NCBI GenBank assembly: GCA_004022145.1
Contig: RCNU01000005.1
DNA from: Paecilomyces variotii
Lineage: Eukaryota
Length of the DNA: 64,000 bases
Reading direction: 5' to 3' (one strand)
In this document: positions 24,028 through 36,722 of the stretch, piece after piece
Numbering within the stretch: position 1 is the stretch's first letter
How the letters are laid out: every line of letters begins with the position of its first letter
Notes under the pieces: model-generated
Database searches by the model: none
Told to the model about the DNA's origin: nothing
What the model saw: the letters and a program-made list of their open reading frames with translations, nothing else
Program-made: the position numbers and the translations under genes

Positions 24028-26039
24028 ATGTCTGTTCGTGAACGGAGACGTCGGAGATCCTGTCTGCAAGTCATGTTCGCAATAGGCTTCCTGTCTCTCC
24101 TCGCTCTTCTCTCCAGCCCGGCTGCCGCCTACAGTCCGCTATACTTCGGAGCCCCCTCGCCCGATGAGATCCCTATCGTACCGCCACGGATTCCGGAAGT
24201 TGATCATCCTACGCCCTCAGGCAAACATGAATTTGTAAGTCAGACTAGGTGCTCATCCATCTCGTGCGTTTGATGTTGACCGGATATTAGACCCTTCGCC
24301 ATATCTTCCACCGCGGCACCTACCGGCACCCCAATCTCCACAAGAAGCTCGATATCCGACCAGATACCCGCCTCTGGGAAGTGTCAGAAGATGGCAGCGA
24401 AATAAGACCTGTTCAGGAGCCTTTGGCTCCCTTGACAGCTCTATCGCACCCCTTGATGATCGAGAGATTGGCCGATCGACGCTTATCGGTTATCGAGAAC
24501 CACCTATCCGCGGCAAGATCGCGGGGATCGCCGGTCGCACTCTCCGGATCGGACTGGGTCATGGACGAAGTGGCCGGGCCAAACATAACGGATAAAGAGA
24601 CCGTCTTGACTTTCGCGAAGATGACTGCGAATGATTATGTTGAAGAACCCGGGACTGTCGATTGGGAGGAGATCCACGGCGGATGGAACTACTCTCAAGG
24701 CTTCGGATGGGAGGGTGACGGGCTGAGGGGTCATATCTACACAGATCAGACGAACAGCACTATTGTGATCTCGCTGAAAGGCACATCTCCGGCACTCTTT
24801 GATGGTGCGGGTACGACGACCAACGACAAGGTTAACGACAACCTCTACTTCAGCTGTTGCTGTGGACAGGGAGGTTCTTATCTCTGGCGACAGGTGTGCG
24901 ACTGCTACTCGTCAGCATACACAGGTAACCTGACCTGTATCGTTGAGGCAATGATGGATGAGAACCGCTACTATCGTGCTGCTATCGACCTGTACTCGAA
25001 CGTTACCGCCATCTACCCCGGTGCGGATGTCTGGCTCACAGGTCACTCACTGGGCGGCGCGATGACAAGCTTACTGGGACTGACATTCGGTCTACCCGTT
25101 GTCACATTTGAGGCAGTTCCAGAGGCACTACCCGCAGCTCGACTGGGGCTTCCGGCCCCCCCTGGACACGATCCCAGACTCCCACAGCAGCGTAAATACA
25201 CGGGTGCGTATCATTTCGGGCACACCGCAGACCCTGTCTACATGGGAACATGCAACGGAGCTAGCTCTGTTTGCACCTGGGGCGGGTATGCCATGGAGTC
25301 TGCATGCCACACTGGCCAAATGTGTGTATATGACACAGTTGAAGACAAGGGCTGGCGAGTCGGCATAGGTACTCACCGTATCAAAGAGGTGATCTCCGAC
25401 GTTATCGAAGCGTACGAAGACGTACCTAAATGCGCACCCGAAGAGGAATGCTACGATTGCAATCTCTGGAAGTTCTTCAAAAGCAATGGTTCAGAGATCA
25501 CGACAACCACCACAACCTCCACCTCGACATCTTCTACGAGAACAAGGACGTCCACCTGCAAGACACCCGGCTGGTGGGGTTGTCTGGATGAGACGACTAC
25601 GACCACCTCTACAACTTCATCTAGCAGCTCTACCGCGAGCACGACATCAACCTGTAAGACTCCGGGCTGGTTCGGATGCAAGGACCCGACAACCACCTCA
25701 ACAACCGCACGTGCGACTCCAGCGCCATCAATTACAACCACTGCCGCGCCGACTCCGACTTCGACAACGTCCTGTAAGACTCCAGGGTGGTTTGGTTGTC
25801 GGGATCCTACCAGCACCTCGACACCTAAACCATCTTCTCTAACTTCGACGAACTGTGAATTCCCAGGCCGCTTCTGGGGTTGTCTAGACGAGTCGACTAC
25901 AGCCACAACGAGCTTTCCTATCACACCAGGTCCAACTCACGAACCGACAAGGCTACCGTCCACAACAGGACACACATGTACATCTTCGGCGTGGTTTGGA
26001 TTCGTCTGTCTTGACCCGTCTCCAACAGCAGCTTTGTAA
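24028..26039 (+). CDS. ATG15: Autophagy lipase Atg15
   Basis: N-terminal hydrophobic segment; intron 24235-24290 giving [35 protein letters not shown] and the lipase motif GHSLGG. Confidence 0.95.
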
Positions 26040-26844
26040 TTGCGGATATAACATTTACAGACTACAGAAACTGTGTTCTGCGAGTAGGGCTTTTTCAAGG
26101 ACGCTGATTTGATGACTCTTCAGTATTTGTCTTTTTGTCTCGTCTTCTGGTTATTCGCGATACGGCGTACACGACATCATTATCCTTGCAACGGCGCGAT
26201 TCTGGTTATGGTTCACGGGCAGGTTGATCTACGTTGGTTTAGACAGGCAGTCCTACTGCCCTCTTTTAGTTCTGCTTCTAGCGCTTATCACATCTATATC
26301 ATGGTCATCGCATTGGAGTATCTAGAGCATTCTGAGCATTATCGATTTTGGAGATACCAGACCATATATAAGCCAATAAATTTGTTATGATTTATTTCCA
26401 TTGTACGGATGGCCATTATACAACGAATTGTCATATTTCTCACGTTATTTGCCTGCGGTCCCAGGCTGGATAGTTACGGAGAAGGCTCTATCAAGAGGCG
26501 GCAATAGTTTGAGTACGGAGAGGAAAATAAATTGTCAGATTAATGAAACATTTCCCTCATGTCTAATATATCGAAAGGTATAGATTCAGTCATAATACGA
26601 ATATTCCTTGGTTCAATGTACCGCAGTGCCATAGTTGCGCGTGTTCTCGAGATGTAAACCACTCCTGGGTGAGAATAATCGTTGCGTAGAAGCTCGTCAT
26701 TGAGCGGGGAATATGTTGCATCATAGTCTATAATAAAGGGTGTATGTATATACTCTTGCGTTTCCATTCTAGAAAAGCTAGATAGCTTCTTTTCAATCTA
26801 CTTTATTCTCAATCTCCTTCTATCCTAAAAGGTAGAAATTCGAC

Positions 26845-27846
26845 ATGTTGGAAGAAGGACTTTGCTCATTCCCGCACGGAACCGTGCTTAAGAAAAAGGA
26901 GGGAACTACTTTAAATATCGCTAGCCGCGATTATATTCTGAAGAGATTACTGCATGAGCATTATTCAAGAGATACAGATACGCGAACTGCCGTGTTTGAG
27001 GCTGAGGATCCGGAAAATAAAGTCGTCATTGTGAAGTTTCGAGTTCAGTATGTTGCATCCTACAACTTGTTTTCTTTCTCTCTCTCTTGTTCATAAGAAC
27101 ATTCTCTAGGTGCATTTATACTGAATTCTCATGCTAGAATGTACCCGGTCCACGTTACAGAAGAAGACTACAGCTGGGAACCGATTATATCCGAGAATTT
27201 CGCCAAAGAAATTGATGTTCTCCAGAAATGCGAATCAATCGGATGCACTCCATCGTACATTGCACATGATGAACGGACTCAGGATATTACGGATCCTCTT
27301 CCAAATGGAAATTTGCGTATTCTTGTGATGTCAAAGGTTCCTGGGGAATGGGCCCGCGGTATATCTAGGCAGTTAAGCTTTGAAAAAGATATTCTAGTAA
27401 TTCGAGATCAGGTGCTATATGTATTCGAGTAAGTGTTGAGGCTTCTTTTTATTTTTTCTTGTGTTCCCACCATATATCTTTGGATCACAATTCATTACGG
27501 CCTCTTTAACAAATATACGGCCTCTTTAACAAATACTAATCTGGTAACAGGCAGATGCGCCTCCGGAATTTTGACTTCAGTTCCCTTAATGCTGCGCGTG
27601 ATCTCAAATATGACCGGCAGAGCAAAAGGATGTGAGTATTTGCTTCTTTTCTTTTCTGTTATTAATTTAAGCTTATCCTGTTGTTTATCTGTGCTAGAGA
27701 GTTCTAACAGTTTTCTGAACACAAGCTATTGGACCGGGTTATCGGCGCTCGCATTTCGTAGTGACTATATGAGACCGGTCACTGAATCAAGTACCTATTT
27801 TAAACATACTATGGTAGCTCTAGGTAGACACGATTGGGGGTGGTAG
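26845..27846 (+). CDS. Small protein-kinase-fold-like protein, probable pseudokinase (231 aa, 4 exons)
   Basis: Exons 26845-27047, 27138-27428, 27551-27631 and 27726-27846 total 696 nt. Donors GTATGT, GTAAGT and GTGAGT are canonical and all junctions stay in frame. Contains VIVK, KEIDVL and LVMSKVPG. Confidence 0.7.
27496..27535. repeat. Perfect 20-bp tandem duplication inside intron 2 of the kinase-like gene
   Basis: TACGGCCTCTTTAACAAATA x2. Confidence 0.95.
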
Positions 27847-29053
27847 CTGCCGTCTCTATATGTGGGAATCTAAGACTACGAAAAGACTTTGAAAGGGCAT
27901 TTGATGCGGGGATTGAATCTGAATTGTTTAAAGAACTAGAGAGTACTAAAATCTATTTGCTATTTATGCTTACAGACTCTATTCTGAATTCTTGCTGCCT
28001 AAAATAAGTTCTAAGCCACTATTTCTAATTATCTGTATTTTTATTCTTATCTTTTTAATTTAAATTAGAGTAGCTTTTTATTGCTTATTTGATTCTTTTT
28101 AAATAGAGTAATATAAGCTATTTATAGCTTATTTCCTTTAGAATTATAATTAACAGCTTAATATTTCTTGTTTTATATGCATGACACAAATAGTTTTACA
28201 AGCACTACTTTATAAGAGTTGCCGGTAACCTGTCTAGATTACAGTGCGATCAGGACCTTGGCCTATTTCGCTATGCGCTATAGCGTTACTGACAAGCAAG
28301 CACCAGCGCCAAGTGCTGACTCGACCTACCAGAGCATACGTAAAGTACAGGATCTGCAGAACAAATCAAAGATCGCCTGTTATATATATCACGATGGAGG
28401 TCGTTAACGTGTTATTCGGCTATATACAATATTTCAAGGGCCATAAGCAGCCAATTTGCCAAACCGAGATTTGATATCAACCTGCTAAAAGACACAGTCG
28501 CAAGACTTCCAAGGAACAAACACGAGGGCCAACACCCAACTGTTTGAATTTGATTTCCAGTTAGCTTCTGCAGAAATTATCGATTACGTTATAGAATGTC
28601 CTTAGCACGTATGATTCTAGTGGACGTAGTGACGGTTGCCTATATCTAGCATCGGAGTCAGAATCCCATCAATACAGTCATTATCACTATCGCAGTCCCG
28701 GTTATCGCAAGCATATCAGCTATTAGTCTCAGAGAGGCTTCTATCATTCTTGTGGAAAATTGTTATTATTCGACTACGCTAATGCTGGCTATTCTAAATG
28801 TGCAAAATGTTGGTTACAAAGACCCGAGCCTTTCCCAACTATACCAAGTGTATAACCCTTCTCTAGGTTCTGGATAGAATCAGATCGGGACGTCTAGACA
28901 CATCTGTGAGTCTTCCATGGCCTCTACGAAGACTTGGAAGCCGGGTCCAGATCATACGGCGCTCTCGCTCCCGCTGCTGCTGTTGGATATTCTGTTGCTG
29001 CTGGTGTTGGGAAGCCATGGATACGATATTAAGAGGAGTTCTTCACAATATTG

Positions 29054-29602
29054 TCAGACTTGAGTCGATTGTTCAAAGACTGTTTGGATATTGACAGATG
29101 ATTTTCTGTTAGTGATGGATTTCTGAATAAAGTCCAACTTGAATTCTCTAGCAACTAGCTCAACCTATTTATCTCTGTGGGTGAAGCTAGAAGGCGTGGG
29201 AGAAACCCGACAGGAGGCAGGTTCCGACATATTCTGCTGTCGGGCATTGTTATCCCCATGCTGATTCTTGCCTTGTGAAAGATCAATGCCATTGTTACTA
29301 CGGCTGCCCTTAGATCCGTTGGCTATATCCGTGCAACTGGTATCTTGTCTATCGCTGCCATCGGCCCTCTCATTATTTCTTCTATGTCCCTCCTATAACA
29401 ATAGTAACGGCGGCAGCACCGAGGGATCTCCAGTGGCCTCATGATAAGACAAGCAATACGGCTTCTACACTTCTCAACACTGACAATTTGGATGCTCAGA
29501 CATATTGCAGCACTATATCAGAAAATACCGACACCGACATGTTGCAGATTCCATAGATATTTGACACAAGCAATCACTATCATACTGAATTCCCACCTCC
29601 AT
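29054..29602 (-). pseudogene. Possible decayed gene with a Cys-rich N-terminal region
   Basis: One frame reads CLCQISMESATCRCRYFLI*CCNMSEHPNCQC*EV*KPYCLSYH (9 Cys in 44 codons), followed by a 75-codon open stretch. All six stops are TAG or TGA. Confidence 0.35.
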
Positions 29603-30111
29603 GCGGTCCTTAGGGAGTGAAATAATCTTGTCGCCAAAGGAATTGCAACTAAACTACACGGTGGATGTTTAAGATCTGCAGGGACGGGCTTCCTAGGTGT
29701 ATTAACACACTCCTTTGCTCCAATTCAGGATGTTACATACTACATTGGAATAATATACATATAAAAGAGGACAGGAAGATAGAATATTCATCCTTCGTTT
29801 CTTTCCAATTTTCTATCACAAACGTAATTTAGATAAACAATAGCGCTATAGAAAATAAGAGAAAATAATACGTAAATATGAACTAAAGAGGTAATATAGA
29901 ATATTGCAAGTTAGTCAGCTACCTTTAGCGGGTAGTTAAACAGTTATTTACCTTTATGTATTAAGCTACTACAGTTGTTAAGAATAAGAGGACAACTTCT
30001 TTCTAATTTACCTAAGGACACTGTGTTCGTGTTATAGCAGATAGATATCAGTACCCTATTTCTTTAAGCAATCCAGATTCAATTTCTATATCAGATGTTC
30101 TTCCAAAGGTT

Positions 30112-30612
30112 TTGCTTCTGTGGTCTCAGATTTCCACACTATTATCGGCCGCATATATTATCGCGGGAGTCTTTTGCAGATTATTCGTAAACTGGACCAG
30201 TCTCCTAGCGTCTATTCTGCAAGAAATCCAGGCTGTCCGCGACAACGTGGTGTTGCGGAAGTATCCTGCTCGTCCTGCGAAGTATAAAGATGCATTAAAC
30301 GCCCACCTTGCTTGGCTCTCTTTCTTCGCTACTATGTCGCACGAGCTCCCCGTTCTCATGGTTAAAGAGTGTTTGTATCACTCTCCTGGCAGAAAGAAGA
30401 TGAGCTGAGGGCATAGTAGTTGTTTACACGTGAAGTTAGGTTCTTTCAGTTCGAAATTTGAGCTATACTTAGCTCGCGAGACAAAGGATGAAGGGCTCAT
30501 CTTTGGCAAAGGGCTCATCTTTGGCGCTCCTTCCGTTGAGCAAGTGCAGGATGATCTGGCAAGTACAAACACGCTAATTATAACAACATTTGCATGGACA
30601 CAAGACAAATGA
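30112..30612 (+). pseudogene. Possible gene fragment of unknown family
   Basis: Two same-frame ORFs (30112-30408 and 30430-30612) separated by one TGA. The sequence is protein-like and helical with no ATG start, and has an in-frame 18-bp duplication at 30491-30525. Confidence 0.25.
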
Positions 30613-32048
30613 ATAATAATCATTTATTGTATTTAGATCCATCATCTTGTCTTATTCCAAATCATCTACAGGAACTAATGTTGAAGATCAGGCCGCTTTT
30701 GACCGTCGGCGTACCTAGTCCCCCGTTGGGGCCATACATGAAGGAAAAAGGACACCGCGTCAAGAGCGGGTCTATTATTGTCTTTTAGTTTTGACAGAAT
30801 CATCGGATAGATTCTCCGGGGACCAAAAGGTCAATTCGTGGATCAGTCCACATAGTGCAGGTATTTGGTATGTGACAAGTCACTATTTGTCGACTGCGAG
30901 ATACATGACTGACTCCTCGATATTTTCAGATGTTCCATACTGGATAGTCAGTCATACAGCTGTATAACTTGCATCATGACAGATTCTACGCTGGCTCTTG
31001 TCCAGTCGCTTGCTTTTCTCTTGCCTCCGTGGCTGGTTTTGGTCCTGGCACAGTTTTTCTTCGATCAATCAACGATTAGTCTCTCGTACCGCCAACCGCG
31101 CATTGCGTCCGTTTCTGCATTGGTCTGGAGCAGCTACGGGCCGCGATGGATACTATCCGCCAATTCCGGGACGCGCTTCTGACACCAGACAGGAAGATGC
31201 AGTAGAAACCAAGGCAGACGGTCGATAGGGTGAAAAGACTCGACCATTTGGCTTCTACCCGGGAAGCCAGACTATATTACCTTACATCCAGCATTCTAGA
31301 GAGGACTACTATGCTCAGGTAGCCCGGTCTTCGGATTCGATTGGTGTGGTTGGAGATGATAGCGACGTACTTGGCTCAGATATCTCGATCCAGACGGAAG
31401 GATCAAGATGCCTGTAACTTAGTCCGGTCTTATGCACTCTGGATCTCGATATGCTATGTGCTCATGCGTCATCGCCTTTTTTCTCTTATTTTTTTTTTTT
31501 TTCCTGGACGGATTGATATCATCGGGGCTCCAAATAACGGCGTTGGCAGTGGGGGAGGGACCCCGCTGGCTAAAGCAGGCCTCCACGTTGTCGACGGATC
31601 CCAGGGACTTCATTGCGCGTGGACTTGACTCGGAATAAGGCGCATCATTCGCCGCCGACATTGACGCCAAGGGTCTTATAGGCCGCATCATGGCCATGTT
31701 CACGGAGATCAGACTTCTCGCCGGTGTTCTTTTAGCCAGAGCCACCTGGTGCGCCGGCCGGTACCCACCAGAGCAGCGGCACATGGCGTCGCCAGACTAT
31801 CTTCTGCCCGCCGCAACTCTGCTTACTCCAGGATACGTTTCTCAGACCTCAAAAAGAGGCCTTTGGGGGTCGTGGAGATCTGCTACTACGGAACATAAGA
31901 TGTTAGTTCTGTGCTGAAGCTGAAAGGAAACCTCCTTTCTTTCTCAGGCTGGTATTAGCCTGGCGTGTTTACAACAGCCGGCATTCGCCGATGAAAACGG
32001 CTGCTGCTCTTACGAGCCTCAATAATCCGTACATAGGTCAATGGCACT

Positions 32049-33637
32049 ATGGAAAAGACATTCATCACCATCCATGGTGAGTACTATGTAGAGATAGAAA
32101 TCGACCGTTGGCGAGTTTTCTGGTGAAAGCTAATAGGGTTATTCCAGACTTGACGCAAGACGCACGCATCCGATATGCTTCAGATACTATAGAAGACATT
32201 CTGGGGTATCAACCTCAGGAGGTGGTGAACAAGTCCTGTTGGGACTATCTTCATCCAGATGAGATTCCCTTTGCAAGAACAGTCCATGGGCGCGGAGTGA
32301 AGCTTGACAAGGCCGCAGTTCTCAAGTACTGCCAGGTGAAGCATAGGAATGGCTCCTGGGTCGGGTGTGAATGTGTCTTTACCGTCGTATATGATGTGCT
32401 TGTTGCAAGCATAAGTATATACCGAAGAGGTAGTCGCAGTGAAAGTAAGTGGCCACGCGAAGCAGCCAACTCCTGGAAACAGGCTTTTAACTGACGCCAA
32501 TTCACAGAAAGGGCGGCCGATGCTCCTGTCGTCCGGAGCTTGTTTACGTCCTCGCCGCGAGATCCTCGCTACCACATGCTGACTTGTATGTCGAGCCGAT
32601 TTTCTCAACAACCGAGAAATCTTCCTCATGAGCCACGAGCCGCTCTGTTCCTTAATCGGTTCACGAGGACATCTACCATTATGTTCGCAACAAATGGTGT
32701 CACGGAAATCTTGGGAGTGACGCCCCAACAGCTTGTCTCCAAAAGCTTCTATTATTGTATTCAGGAACGTTGCCTCCGCGACGCAGTCTGTTGCATTGAG
32801 AGCGCTAAAACGAATGATTCTATAGCCTATCTCCGGTTCTGGTACCGGAACCCACTCCAAGGTGATGGACCTTCGGGTGAAGATGAAGATGTGCAAATGA
32901 CCGAGGCAAATGATGCGCACGGAAACGGTAGTGAGCCAGGTACAGACGGCCTCCCCTCTTCAGGCACAGGAGCTGCGACCGATCCGGCCAGACGAGATAG
33001 GATTGCAAGCGCACGACTCCAAATCGAAGTCGAAGCTGTTGTTTCTTGCTCCTCTGACGGGCTCGTGGTTGTGCTCCGCCGGGCCCGTCCTCCGATCCCG
33101 CTCAATATCAACCAAACGCCGGACAGGCGAGTCTACGCCAATGGGCTTTTTGCATCCCCATGGGCTGCTGACCCAATATTCTCACACTCTGATAGTACTG
33201 ATGTAGTAGGCGCCAGTGGTGGTCCTGGAACAGTTGCCGCTGTGCCCACAACCTCCAGTAGCAGCTGTTCGCACTCACAGCTCCTGTTCGATACCATTCG
33301 CGATGTGGCTGTCTTCGCATGGGGTATAATTGGGATCAACGGTTCACTAGAGAAGTATAAACGAGGAACTCCAACGGGCGAATCCCAACCACCAGGCGGC
33401 CCACAAGTTTTTCCTCAACGCTCGAGCTCAAGTCGGAGGCTGGCGGGCGATATGGGAACGAACAGTTTCGGGGAGGACAACAGGAGTAACAGCGGATGTT
33501 CAACTTATCATCAAAATCCCCCTAGAGAGGCCAGCTCCTGTCGACGTGCACCTTCAGATGAACCACATGAGACTGGAGTGAGAGAGCGTTGTGATCCTGC
33601 ACCTCCGTGGGAAGGCGCAGGTAGTCCAGGGCCATGA
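32049..33637 (+). CDS. Tandem PAS-domain protein with no recognisable output domain
   Basis: Exons 32049-32076, 32148-32444 and 32508-33637. PAS1: YASDTIEDILGYQPQEVVNKSCWDYLHPDE. PAS2: FATNGVTEILGVTPQQLVSKSFYYCI. Confidence 0.85.
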
Positions 33638-33897
33638 AGATTGCTTTTCGCAGTACATTGTGTAATGAAGCTTTATGTATGTAGATCTATCAGAGATACC
33701 AAAATGTTCGTGTGTTTTGACGTCATATGATCCCTTTTTCCCCAAACCATCCAGTCAATCGTCTATATAAGAATCTATTATTGTACAGGGAGAGAAAATG
33801 CAGCCCTATACATCTGACAACGCCTGTAAATGCATTGAAAAGTAGAGATTTGATGCACAGATATATGGATAAGGGGGGCCAAAGCAGAAACGCAGCA

Positions 33898-36665
33898 CTA
33901 GAAAACCTCGGGTTTAGTCTCCTTTGACCTCTCACCCTCTTTCTGCTGCTCCTTCGGTGCATGTTCTTCATGAGCAGTCACTTTCTCCTCGCCTCCCTTC
34001 TGCTCCTCTGTGTTCTCCTGTTCAGTGTGTCTTGACTCTTCCTTGCTTTCCTCAGGTGATTTCACTTGCTCGCCTTGTTTCACATCCTCAGGTTGCTTCT
34101 TCTCCATCTCCTCCCGAGCGGACTCCTGCTTATCTTCAGCCTTCTGAGGCGCAGTTTCCTTACTATTCTTCCTCTTTCTCTTCGTGTCGACATCTTTCCG
34201 CCCCGACTTCTCCGGCTCATGTCTCTCCTCCATATTATCCTCCGCTTCGAGCCTTCTCTGCTGAAACTCCAACACCTGCTCGCGCGTCGGGGTGACCTTC
34301 GTCTCCTCGAACCTCTCCACCATCGTGGCGGCAGAGTACTTTCTCAACCGCTTCGTTTCCTGCTCGAGCAGCTCACGATCAGATTTGGATAGTTCTGCTT
34401 CGTACTGCGGACCGAGAAGGTCATCAATCAATGCTCGAGTGCGAACAAGGGCCTTGAGCGCGAGGAATCCGACGACGGAGCCATCGCGAAAGACGCTGGA
34501 GCTGCGACCTTTACTGGAGACTTTGGAGATTTTGCTATTTTCCATAGCGGTGAGAAGTTTGGAGATGTGAGGACGGAGTTGGGATATGGCTTGGAGTTGT
34601 AGCTGGAAGCGGAGGGTGCGTGTGTTTGCGAGCATGTTCTGGGATTTCTGCTGTGATTGAGGAACGTTGAGGCCGTTGAGGGAGGAGAGTTCGAGAGGTT
34701 GAGAGGCAAGCCCGTCGACCAGTCGCACGTAGGCCTCCAGGACATTGGGGTCTGGGAGGATGAATTGCGATGCCATGAGATCCAGCATCTCGTTGGCGAT
34801 CTGGAAGACATTGGGATTCTTCCGGTCACGACGACAGGTGCTGAGTGCGATCCGGAAGGTTTTGCCCTCCACTGCGTCTGCGGGGATCATTTGGTCACGG
34901 ATGATTTCAAGTGCGAGTCTGCTCGAGCGGCCAACTCTCAGCAGACGCAGGTACTCGTGGAATGAATGAGAGTCCGGCTGGATCCGGCGTTCGTGACTTT
35001 CCTCGGTGAAACACTGCCAGTATCGCTTGGCGGGACCGATTCCTTGTGTCATGAGCCGGCAGGCTGTGAGGACGAGGGTCAAGACACTGTTATGGAGCTC
35101 GGCGTAGCTTGGGACAGGAGAGACGTTCTTCGTATTGCTAGTGGTTTCGGGGACGACAGCGTCGAAGAGCCCTTCGAAGCTTTCCTCTTCCTCTTCTTCG
35201 GCCAGATTCTCCTCCTGAGACTCGCTCAGTGGCTCCCCTTCTTCTCCCTCAAAAGGGATATCAGAGTCATCAGTTTGGAAACTCTCGGTTGCCCTGTTCC
35301 TTGCATGAGATGCGCGTTGCTTGATTTCATTGAATGCCTCCTCAGACAGCGCCGAAGCTTTGCCCTGCGGGACATCAGGCGGCTTGGGAGCGTAAATAGG
35401 AACCCCCATAGTTTGGTTCACCAGCGCCAGCACATCGTAGCAGTCACGCTCACTCGATCCTTCAACAAGCAGAGAGGCCATTGCGCTGACTAGAACCCGA
35501 TCCATTTGCAGATCTCCCCTCTTCCACTGCAGGACGATGTCAGACCAGATTTTCTTGCCTTCTCGCACCGCAGCGGCCTTTCTTTTCAGGATGTCGTCCA
35601 CTCTGCTAGGGTTTATATTAGAAACATCGCGCTGAGAGATCGCCTTAATGGCATGGAGAATGATCGTGTAGGTCCTCTGGTCAGGTGCTCCGAACCCTTC
35701 TTCAGGAAGGTTACCGGCGACTTCCCACAGAGTATCCATGTCTCCGTGGTGGGCACACACGTTCAGCATGGCGTTGCTGTGCGTGATATTGGGGCTCCTG
35801 ATAGATTTGTATATGGAGAGCGCGGTGTCGACGGGCTTGAATCCTCGGGTCTTACTCGTATGGCCCAGCCCATTGAGCATGATGGTGTAGGTTCGATCGT
35901 CAGGTTTTCGCCCTCTCTTCTTCATCTGTCGAAGATGTCAGTATATGATGCATCGCAAGCTTGAAGACAAGATAGGATATCCCCACGAACCTCATTATAG
36001 AACCTGAACGCTGCCTGTGGCGCATCCCTATCCATACAATGATGCAAAAGATGATTCCAAGCAACCTGACACCGCACCCCATCCGTCTGCGCTCTACGCA
36101 CCAACGCCACCGCCAGAGCCGGTTCTCGACCCTTCAGCAGCCGCGCAACACGATCCGCAAGCTCCTTCGGATCCTGCAACCACTTGATCTCCATATCCAC
36201 GACCTTTTTCGAAACCACGCCCGCGCTACCAATCCCATCTGCTTCGCGCTTTGTCCTAGGCGCCGTCGCCGCCTTCGCGATATCGAGAAGAATCTCCGCT
36301 TCACCATCATGATTTTGCGCGCGCGTTTCATTTCGATATCGATTATTATTCCGAACCTTGAAATCCTCCCATCCCTTTCTATCACGGATGCGATTCTGAT
36401 TTCGACTTTCTTCTTCTTCTGGCTCTAGCTCTGACGCCTCCGTCGCCATCCGTCTGATACCCAGGTTATGAATCCACGTCGCGACAGGCACAGGCTGTCT
36501 ACCAAGTTCAGGCAGTGGGTTCAACAAAAGAGACGCGACACGAGCTCGCATCAGCATACTACTGCTTCTGCTTCTGCTGCTCGTGCTCATCATGCGCATT
36601 GCTGCCATTCTGCGCTCTGCGCTAATCCCAGCGCCGCGGACGCAGGCATTGCTGCACCGGAGCAT
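33898..36665 (-). CDS. Pentatricopeptide-repeat protein, probably mitochondrial
   Basis: Exons 36665-35991 and 35925-33898 give AWNHLL...AFRFYNE|MKKRGRKPDDRTYTIMLNG. Further PPR-like units (HSNAMLNVC, PDQRTYTIIL). The Arg/Ser-rich N-terminus is presequence-like. Confidence 0.85.
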
Positions 36666-36689
36666 CTCAATGGTTTCCTGAAGCTCCGC

Positions 36690-36722
<33 letters not shown>

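Noticed and set aside
26400-30800. Intact mobile element explaining the AT-rich island
   Set aside because: No transposase, reverse transcriptase or tyrosine-recombinase motifs, and no LTRs or TIRs were recognised.
32180-32920. Long antisense ORFs (e.g. 246 aa here; also 25451-25924, 34966-35964, 59201-59728)
   Set aside because: They are shadows of well-supported genes on the opposite strand and show no recognisable motifs.
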